From contig CAWBGA010000001.1 in assembly GCA_963788195.1 (NCBI GenBank), positions 96,001 through 160,000 of the forward strand: a stretch of 64,000 bases of DNA. The letters run 5' to 3'. Positions 56,093 through 64,000 of the stretch are shown here, piece after piece. Under the pieces are notes generated by a model, which had not been told where the DNA came from, made no database searches, and worked only from the letters and a program-made list of their open reading frames with translations. A program made the position numbers and the translations under genes. Position 1 is the first letter of the stretch. Every line of letters starts with the position of its first letter. The stretch is from Nitrospirota bacterium. GTDB taxonomy: Bacteria > Nitrospirota > Nitrospiria > Nitrospirales > NS-4.

Positions 56093-56120
56093 GCACCTAC
56101 GGAAGTGGATGGAGCGGATG

Positions 56121-56149
56121 TTGACCCTCAAGGAATGCGATGCTAGACT
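56121..56149 (+). promoter_or_regulatory. Putative sigma70 promoter of proteasome operon
   Basis: TTGACC-N17-TAGACT with TGn extension. Confidence 0.65.
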
Positions 56150-56190
56150 GTGCGAGAGCTAAGTAGTTTTGACAGCGCGCAAGGATCAGC

Positions 56191-57949
56191 GATGAAGAAG
56201 CCTCCAGGGCGACTGAGTTCGATTCGAAACACTGTGAAGAAATTAACCGAGCGCCTGTCCGATGAGCACTCTGAGGAGGGCGGCATGCAAGATGAGCAGC
56301 GCGAGAAAGAAAAGCTTCTGGTTCAGATCCGTTCCCTGGAGGAAGAGGTTCGGCGGATGAACCAAACACGAGCTCAGCTTGAGCAAGCGCACAAACAAAA
56401 CGATCGCCTTACGGAGGCTCTCCAGGAGGCGCGTTCGCGGATCGAGGCCATGCGAACGGAGGTTGAAAAACTCACCGCGCCCCCGGCTTCCTATGGAATT
56501 TACTCCGGCGCAAACGACGATGAGACTGTGAATGTCTATGTCACGGGTCGCAAGCTGAAGGTCAACCTGCATCCTTCCATCAGAGTGAAAGACCTCCGCA
56601 AGGGCCAGGAAGTCATTTTGAACGAAGCGTTGAACGTGATTGAGTCCCGCGGGTTTGAGGTGCAGGGCGAGGTCGTTCGTGTAAAGGATAATCTTGACGG
56701 GAAGCGGGCCATCGTGACCCTGCGTTCTGATGAAGAGCGGGTCGCTGAGTTTGCCGATCCGCTTCTGGTACAGCGACTGAGCGTCGGGGATCACCTTTTA
56801 TATGACGCGCGGTCCGGGTATTTGCTGGAAAGACTCCCCAAATCAGAGTGCGAAGAGCTGGTCCTGGAAGAAGTCCCGGACATCAAATACACCGATATCG
56901 GCGGGCTACATGATCAGATTGAGCAGATCCAGGACGCGGTGGAGTTGCCGGTCCTGCATCCGGAACTCTTCAAGGAGCACAAGTTGCGGGCGCCCAAGGG
57001 TGTCTTGTTATACGGCCCCCCGGGCTGCGGCAAGACCTTAATCGCCAAGGCCGTTGCGAACTCGATCGCGCAGAAACTCGCACATCTGACGTCCAAAGAA
57101 GTCCGAAGCTTTTTCTTGCACGTCAAGGGGCCGGAACTGCTCAATAAGTATGTCGGCGAATCGGAGCGCCAGATCCGGGAAGTCTTCAAGAAAGCCAAAG
57201 AAAAGGCGGACGACGGCTATCCTGTCATCGTCTTCTTTGATGAGATGGACGCTCTGTTTCGCACCCGCGGCAGCGGCATATCCTCCGATGTGGAGTCCAC
57301 CATCGTTCCTCAGTTTCTCTCGGAGATCGACGGAGTCGAGCGCCTGCGAAACGTCATTGTCATCGGCGCCAGTAACCGCCAGGATCTTATCGATCCGGCA
57401 GTGCTTCGGCCCGGCCGTCTGGATGTGAAGATCAAGATTGACCGCCCTGACAAAGCAGCGGCCAGGGATATCTTTTCGAAGTATCTCACGCCGGATCTCC
57501 CTTGGCATCCCGAAGAATTGGAGCAGGACGCAAACGATGCGATCAAAGCCGTCGAGCGTCTCATCTCGGTGACGGTGGAATCGATGTACGCGCTAAGTGA
57601 AGAAAACCAGTACCTCGAGGTCACGTACGGTAATGGCGACAAAGAGACGTTTTACCTGAAGGACTTTTCCAGCGGTGCGTTGATCGAAGGGATCGTGTCG
57701 CGGGCCAAAAAATACGCGATCAAACGCTTGCTGGCGACAGGGAAACGCGGCATCAAGGCCGAGGATCTATTGAAGGCCGTGCGGGATGAATTCAAGGAAC
57801 ACGAGGATTTGCCGAACACAACCAATCCGGATGATTGGGCCAAGATCGCCGGCAAGAAGGCGGACAAGATCGTCCATGTCCGAACTATCACGGTTGGCTC
57901 CAATGAGTCCCGGCGAATCGAGACCGTGATGACCGGCCAGTATCTCTAA
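56191..57949 (+). CDS. arc: Proteasome ATPase ARC/Mpa (start may be 56285)
   Basis: Coiled coil, OB domains, GPPGCGKT, C-terminal GQYL. Confidence 0.95.
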
Positions 57950-57975
57950 GTTGTATACATCTGAACGGTAGCATT

Positions 57976-59454
57976 ATGATCAAGCGAGTCCTGGGGACGG
58001 AAACGGAGTTCGGTATCGCCAGCCGCGATGCGGACGCCGCTGATCCTGTGTCGAATTCTCTGTTCCTGATCAATCACTACCCGCATTTTCCCTCCGCGAA
58101 GTGCCTCTGGGATTATGAGAACGAGAATCCCTTGCTCGATATCCGGGGTTTTGAGGTCGAGGGGGAGCGCGAACGGCCAGGTCCTGATTACAATCGCTTG
58201 CTTAACAAGGTGTTGGCGAACGGTGGTCGGCTGTATGTCGATGGCGCGCATCCTGAATACTCGACTCCCGAATGCGTCACCGCCCGCGAAGTTGTAGCGT
58301 ATGAGAAAGCGGGAGAGCGGATTATTGCCTCGGCGCTCCACGCCGTTGAGCAGGTGCGCGGACCGGGTAAATTTCTAGTCTATAAAAATAACACAGATGG
58401 CAAAGGCAACAGCTACGGTTACCACGAGAACTATCTCGTGAGCCGTACGGTTCCCTTCGATCGACTCGTGAGGGCCTTACTGCCGTTTTTGGTCACCCGC
58501 CAGATCTATGCGGGGGCGGGCAAGATCGGCGCCGAAAACCAAACCGCTTCGTGCGAATATCAATTATCACAGAGGGCCGATTTCTTCGAGACCTTGGTGG
58601 ATCTTAACACCATGGTGAAGCGACCGATCATCAATACCCGTGATGAGCCGCATGCCGATCCCGTCAAATATCGTCGCCTGCATGTCATTGCGGGCGATGT
58701 GAACATGGCTGAATGCTCCACCTACCTGAAAGTCGGGACGATGGCGATTCTCCTCGACATCGTGGAAGCCGATGGCACGGTTCCGCAGATCGATCTGGAC
58801 TCTCCGATACAAGCCATCAAGCAAGTGTCCCGGGATCTGGAGGTCAAGATGGACATCCGCCTGACAGGCGGAAAAACCATGACCGCGATAGCCATTCAGC
58901 GGGCCTATCTCAAAGCTGCCCAGGATTTCTACGCGTGCCATGAGCTGACAGTTCCCGTGAAAGAAGTCATGATCCGGTGGGAAGAGACGCTCGATAAGCT
59001 TGAGCGGGATCCGCGGGAGCTTGTACGGGAGCTGGACTGGGCCGCGAAAAGATCTCTGATTGAATCCTACATCGAGCGAAAGGGATGCGGGTGGGATGAT
59101 CCAAGAGCTGCCATGCTCGACCTCCAATACCACGATGTTCGCCCGGAAAAGGGGTTATACTTCACCCTGGAGCGCGGAAACCACATCGATCGAATTGTTA
59201 CGGACGCAGAGGTGCTGCGCGCTGAGGGCAATGCGCCGACTGAAACGCGCGCATACTTCCGGGCAGGCTGTGTGAAGAAATGGCCGCAGGAGGTCTATGC
59301 CGCCAGTTGGACATCGGTGCTATTCGACGTCGGAAACGCGGCGATCAAGAAAGTCCCGCTGATGGAACCCCTGCGCGGGACCGAAGCCCTGACAAAGGGA
59401 TTGCTGGACGAATCCGATACCGTCGATTCCCTCTTGACCAAACTAAAGGCCTGA
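57976..59454 (+). CDS. dop: Depupylase/deamidase Dop
   Basis: GTETEFG, Dop loop WDYENE.P..D.RG, GGRLYVDGAHPEYSTPE. Confidence 0.9.
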   Translation: MIKRVLGTETEFGIASRDADAADPVSNSLFLINHYPHFPSAKCLWDYENENPLLDIRGFEVEGERERPGPDYNRLLNKVLANGGRLYVDGAHPEYSTPECVTAREVVAYEKAGERIIASALHAVEQVRGPGKFLVYKNNTDGKGNSYGYHENYLVSRTVPFDRLVRALLPFLVTRQIYAGAGKIGAENQTASCEYQLSQRADFFETLVDLNTMVKRPIINTRDEPHADPVKYRRLHVIAGDVNMAECSTYLKVGTMAILLDIVEADGTVPQIDLDSPIQAIKQVSRDLEVKMDIRLTGGKTMTAIAIQRAYLKAAQDFYACHELTVPVKEVMIRWEETLDKLERDPRELVRELDWAAKRSLIESYIERKGCGWDDPRAAMLDLQYHDVRPEKGLYFTLERGNHIDRIVTDAEVLRAEGNAPTETRAYFRAGCVKKWPQEVYAASWTSVLFDVGNAAIKKVPLMEPLRGTEALTKGLLDESDTVDSLLTKLKA

Positions 59455-59460
59455 CGCGCC

Positions 59461-60280
59461 GTGCCGCTGCCGAGCGGACGACGATCCGGGCTCCAGCTTC
59501 CACGACTTTATCTCAAGCAGTCGCTTTGAGTCGGGTGGCGTGGGCTTTAACAGGTCGTCATCGCCCGCGGCGCCCGCCTCGCATGTGCCGACCGGGTTGC
59601 CGCCTGTCCCTCATGGGACCACCATTCTCGCTCTTCGATATCAGGGAGGAGTCCTGATGGCCGGCGACCGCCAGGCCACCGAGGGATTTCAGGTCTCGTC
59701 TCGCCGTATAGACAAAGTATTTCGGACCGACCAGCACTCTGCAATAGCGATTGCCGGGGCGGCGGGCCCTGCCCTCGAACTTGCTCGCCTGTTTCAAATC
59801 GAACTTGAGCATTACGAGAAACTCGAGGGAGATAATCTCTCCTGCGAAGGTAAGGCGAACAAACTGGCGCAGATGGTGCGTAGCAACCTTCCCATGGCTT
59901 TTCAGGGTCTGGTCGTCGTACCGCTCTTCGGCGGCTACGATCTCAAGCGCCGGGAAGGGCGGATTTTCAAGTACGATGTCACCGGCGGGCGATATGAGGA
60001 AATCGAGTACTATGCGGTGGGGTCCGGCGGCAAGGATGCGCGTGACACCATGAAGGTCTTGTACCGACGCAACCTGGCGCCGGCGGAGGCCCTGAAAGTC
60101 GCCATGGAAGCCCTGTATAATGCAGCAGAAGAAGATGTGGGAACGGGAGGACCGGATCTGGTCAGGGGGATTTATCCGACGGTGAAAATGATTAACGACG
60201 AGGGCGTGCGTGATTTAGACGACACGCAGATCGCCGAGGCGTGCAGGGTGTTGATTGAGTCGCGACGGGACCGGGTATAA
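59461..60280 (+). CDS. prcB: 20S proteasome beta subunit (propeptide has +1 frameshift near 59477)
   Basis: Propeptide PGSSFHDF, HG/TT catalytic Thr, GSGG. Confidence 0.93.
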
Positions 60281-60282
60281 AG

Positions 60283-60972
60283 GTGGCTTTACCTTACTAC
60301 GTGTCTCCCGAGCAGATGATGGCCGACAAGGCCGAGTATGCCAAGAAAGGGATTGCCAAGGGCCGGTCTATTGTCGTCATGGAGTACGCAGGCGGGATCC
60401 TGCTGGTGGCCGACAATCCTAGCGCGTCGCTCCATAAGATTTCTGAGATGTACGACCGTATCGCGTTTTCCGGCGCCGGCAAATACAATGAATATGAAAT
60501 TCTCCGCAAAGCCGGTATCCGTCATGCGGATCTGAAGGGCTACATGTACAGCCGTGAGGACGTCACTGCTAAGTCTCTCGCAAACGCCTATTCACAGACG
60601 ATCGGCTCCATTTTCAGTACGGATCCGAAGCCGCTGGAAGTGGAAATTCTGGTTGTGGAGGTGGGTGAAGGGGAAAAGCCTAACGAGATTTACCGCATTT
60701 CCTACGACGGAAGCATCATCGATGAGCGCGGCGTTGCGGTCATCGGCGGCAAATCCGAAAATCTGCTTGCGTTTCTGAAGGGGCGGCCGACCGCCTCGGG
60801 TAGTGTATTGAAGGATGCCCTTACACTGAGCGTCGAGGCTTTGGACACCGTGACGAACCAGAAGTTAGGACCCGACGCCCTTGAAGTGGCCGTGCTGGAT
60901 CGCACCCGGCAAGGGCGGACCTTCAGGCGCCTGCCTCCGGGGGAGCTTCGAACGCTCCTGCCTTCCGCATGA
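60283..60972 (+). CDS. prcA: 20S proteasome alpha subunit
   Basis: PYYVSPEQMM.DK.EYA.KGI..GRS, LEVAVLDR. Confidence 0.95.
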   Translation: MALPYYVSPEQMMADKAEYAKKGIAKGRSIVVMEYAGGILLVADNPSASLHKISEMYDRIAFSGAGKYNEYEILRKAGIRHADLKGYMYSREDVTAKSLANAYSQTIGSIFSTDPKPLEVEILVVEVGEGEKPNEIYRISYDGSIIDERGVAVIGGKSENLLAFLKGRPTASGSVLKDALTLSVEALDTVTNQKLGPDALEVAVLDRTRQGRTFRRLPPGELRTLLPSA

Positions 60973-62345
60973 AGCCGCGCATCTTCGGCCTTGAGAACGA
61001 ATACGGGCTCATTTTTTCCCCCAACGGCCGGATCTATCTCCCTATTGAGAAAGTGCTCGGCTATATCTTCGAAGGCCTGATACCTAATAGTTGGCCCTCC
61101 AACGCCTTCCTCGTCAACGGCGCTCGCTTCTATCAGGATACGGGCTGCCATCCCGAGTATTCGACCCCCGAGTGCGACAACATCGAAGACCTGGTGATCC
61201 ACGACAAGGCGGGTGAACGGTTGCTTGAAGCCTGCCTGCCTGCAGCCGAGGAACGCTTGCGCGAAGAGGGGCTGTCGGGGGAGATCTACATCTTCAAAAA
61301 CAATACCGATTCGCTGGGCAATACTTACGGATGTCACGAGAACTTTTTGATGCGCCGCGACGTCGATTTTTGGAAGGTCACCGAGCAGTTAATTCCCTTT
61401 TTTGTCACCCGTCAGGTATTTGCGGGGGCCGGCAAGGTCTTGAAGCTTTCCGGCAAGACCCAGCTGTGTCTCTCGCAGCGGGCACAGCACATTCATGAGA
61501 AGACCTCGTCCTCTACGACGTCCTCGCGCAGCATTATCAATACCCGTGATGAGCCGCATGCCGATGCCGAAAAATATCGGCGTCTGCATATCATTGTCGG
61601 CGATTCGAACATGTCTGAGCTGGCCACATATCTGAAGGTCGGCACCGCGGCGCTGGTGTTGTCGATGATCGAGGACGGCTTTACCGTGAACGGCATCGAG
61701 CTTGATGATCCGGTGAAGGCTATCCGAGAGATTGCCCGGGACACCACGCTTAAGAAAAAGATCAAGCTGGAGGATGGGCGCGAAATGACCGCGATCGAGA
61801 TTCAGCGGATCTACCTGGAGCAGGCCATGGAGTATCTGTGGTCGACGGAGGAAGACCCCGTGGAAGCCGATGTGGTGCGCCGATGGGGGTGGGTGCTCGA
61901 CCGCTTGGAAGAGGATCCCATGCAGCTGTGCCACGAAGTGGATTGGGTGATCAAGAAGCACTTGATGCAGCAGTACATGGATCGGAAAGGCTGCAGCTGG
62001 GATGACCCCCGGATCATGCTCATGGACTTGCAATACCACGATGTGAAACGGTCGCGCGGCTTGTATTACCTCCTGGAAAAACGTGACTTGGTGGAGAAAT
62101 TAGTCCCGGAAGAGAATGTTCAGCGGGCGATGACCACCCCACCGCAGACGACACGCGCGAAGGTGCGAGGGGATTTTATTCGCTTCGCGCGGGCCAAAAA
62201 TAGATCTTATACCGTGGACTGGACGTATCTTAAACTCAACGGTTATTGGGAAGAAACGATTCTTTGTATGGATCCGTTCAGTGCTACGAACCGGCGGGTA
62301 GAGGAGCTGCTCCTGCAGGTCGGAGGCCAGCGCGCGTTTCGCTGA
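60969..62345 (+). CDS. pafA: Pup-protein ligase PafA
   Basis: RIFGLENEYG, GARFY.D...HPEY, TTRAK.RG.F, VDW. Confidence 0.92.
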   Translation: MKPRIFGLENEYGLIFSPNGRIYLPIEKVLGYIFEGLIPNSWPSNAFLVNGARFYQDTGCHPEYSTPECDNIEDLVIHDKAGERLLEACLPAAEERLREEGLSGEIYIFKNNTDSLGNTYGCHENFLMRRDVDFWKVTEQLIPFFVTRQVFAGAGKVLKLSGKTQLCLSQRAQHIHEKTSSSTTSSRSIINTRDEPHADAEKYRRLHIIVGDSNMSELATYLKVGTAALVLSMIEDGFTVNGIELDDPVKAIREIARDTTLKKKIKLEDGREMTAIEIQRIYLEQAMEYLWSTEEDPVEADVVRRWGWVLDRLEEDPMQLCHEVDWVIKKHLMQQYMDRKGCSWDDPRIMLMDLQYHDVKRSRGLYYLLEKRDLVEKLVPEENVQRAMTTPPQTTRAKVRGDFIRFARAKNRSYTVDWTYLKLNGYWEETILCMDPFSATNRRVEELLLQVGGQRAFR

Positions 62346-62346
62346 C

Positions 62347-63254
62347 GTGGTACGCCCAATTCCTCTTCTCGGTGGTCTTCTCCTCGCCCTCACCGCGATC
62401 GCCTACGCCGCAACGCCCTCCGACCCCGGCCTCGCTCAGGAGCCGGCTACGCCCCGCGCGGATTCTGCTGCGCTTTCCGGAAAACAAGGTGAGATCCTTT
62501 ATGTGAGACTGAAGATCGAGGACCATTCAACATCGGTGGTGGGCCTATGGCGTGATCGGCACGTTCCGTTCTTCAGGCTTTCGGATTCTGAGTTTGCGGC
62601 GCTTGTTGGGATCGACATGACCGACCAGCCTGGGACAGTCGATTTTACCATAGACATCAACGCCTCCGAAGCCACGCGACCAGCGATCACTCCGGATCAC
62701 GATTGCCCCGGAGACTTTTCGCGAACAACGCCTGACACTCCCGAAAGGCGCAGGTCGATCCGGACCCGGCTGCCTTGAAGCGGATCGCTATGGAGCGGGA
62801 ACAGGTCAAGACGGTCTTCGCGAGCTCCAACGCCGAACGGCTCTGGACAAAGGGCTTCGTGGTGCCTGTCGAGGGCGTGGGGACAGGGGCATTCGGCAGC
62901 CGCAGGATCTTAAACGGCCAGCCACGCAATCAGCACAGCGGTGAGGATATCGCAGCGCCGCTCGGGACCCCTATCAAGGCGACGAATACCGCAATCGTGA
63001 GGTTGGTGGACGACCATTTTTTCAGCGGTACGAGTGTGATTCTGGACCATGGACTCGGGCTCTACACCATGTACTCACACCTGCATACTACCACAGTGAA
63101 GGAAGGTGATAGGGTCCAGCGCGGGGACATCATTGGAACCGTCGGAAAGAGCGGTCGTGCTACCGGCCCGCATCTCCACTGGGGGGCATGGCTGAACGGC
63201 TCACGGGTCAATCCCTTCGCACTCACTAAGCTGCCGATCGACAGCGCTCCGTAA
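62347..63254 (+). CDS. Secreted M23 peptidase (two +1 frameshifts ~62675, ~62748)
   Basis: Signal peptide; HSGED (HxxxD), TGPHLH. Confidence 0.85.
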
Positions 63255-63530
63255 GCCTGTGAAAACTGGCCTGGCCGCGGCACGTCCGCTGGCCGGCAGT
63301 CACCCGTTCACACCTCTTTCACCTATTTGCGGCTCGCGTGTCTCATTGACAAGAATACTACAGGGGTCTACGCGTGGAGAACCTCGAACGGAAGGCCCAG
63401 AGCTAGGCTCATCAATCAGCTCAACCGATCAATCACGAGCGTTTCGGCTGTAGCAATCGGTGCTGACGCTGGCTGGTCAACATGTCCACCCGCACCTTCA
63501 CCGTCGAGTCATTGGTTGAAAACGACTGCA

Positions 63531-63572
63531 GACCCTTCGACGGTGCTCAGGACTGGCAGGCTCAGGGTGACT
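63531..63572 (+). repeat. Degenerate CCCTTCGAC..GCTCAGG REP-like element
   Basis: GACCCTTCGACGGTGCTCAGG..CAGGCTCAGGGTGAC resembles a widespread extragenic palindrome; single copy in window. Confidence 0.45.
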
Positions 63573-63580
63573 AAAAATGA

Positions 63581-64000
63581 TTAGACGTTGGTGGAGATGC
63601 TGCCGGAGGGGGCCTTGTTGAGAACCGCACAGGCGGCGCGCGCCAACTCTTTATCGGTATCATGATTCTGTGCGAAGACGCGAAACTGGATCAGTCTGGT
63701 AGGGAGTAGGTCCAAAAATTCCGCCAGAGGCTCGGTGGAGATCTCCTGTGTCGCCGGGTCAAAGACGTAGAGCGGCGAGCCCCGCATGTCTTTCGGGTCG
63801 GGCCGGGGATCCTGGGGTGCCATATCGACCTTGAAGGGTAGTTGCGCCAGGGATGCGGGCAGTTCCTTTTGGATCTGTTTTTCAAAATGTTCTCGGCTCG
63901 GAAAGTCCATCCCACGCGCCCGTTCTTTATCGCTGAGGACCGTGTTATAGGCCATTTTCCACTTGACGTTTCGGTTGAGAATGTGGGCCCACTCCTGGCC
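63581..64000 (-). CDS. C-terminal part of a protein running off the window, possibly HD-domain phosphohydrolase
   Basis: Open frame to window edge; family assignment tentative because catalytic motifs are outside the window. Confidence 0.5.
   Translation of the reverse strand, partial: GQEWAHILNRNVKWKMAYNTVLSDKERARGMDFPSREHFEKQIQKELPASLAQLPFKVDMAPQDPRPDPKDMRGSPLYVFDPATQEISTEPLAEFLDLLPTRLIQFRVFAQNHDTDKELARAACAVLNKAPSGSISTNV

Noticed and set aside
62327..62345. Pup-like GGQ at the PafA C-terminus (VGGQRAFR)
   Set aside because: Not terminal and not preceded by a Pup-like helix; probably coincidental.
56191..62345. Proteasome in a diderm bacterium as a novelty
   Set aside because: Already known for Nitrospirota; only the missing pup is noteworthy.

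Overview
GC-rich bacterial chromosomal segment. Gene content (diderm genes such as lapA/envC, a Pup-type proteasome operon, tandem HEAT-repeat genes) suggests Nitrospirota; this is an inference. It is mostly core genes: polA, ugd, rimP-nusA-infB-rbfA-truB-rpsO-pnp, mutS, tsaE, nnr, pdxJ, uvrB, ffh-rpsP-rimM-trmD-rplS-rnhB, ftsEX-envC-ctpA, groES-groEL, thiSGE, arc-dop-prcB-prcA-pafA. About 13 frameshifts, all +1 insertions and several in essential genes, point to consensus errors rather than pseudogenes. The most unusual signal is an intergenic family of ~45-bp elements at three loci (2.0-2.3, 10.1-10.5, 44.3-44.4 kb). Each has a variable but base-paired 7-8 bp stem, a conserved TC(T/C)TGG loop and a GGG-N-GGG-N-GGGTG(C/T/A)AA tail. 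Copies are repeatedly nested inside the loops of other copies, up to three levels deep. Other points of interest: the proteasome operon lacks pup at its usual position, ThiS has a capped C-terminus, five HEAT-repeat genes form a coupled operon, and an orphan ClpX has an extra CxxCH motif. No tRNA, rRNA, CRISPR array or transposase was seen.
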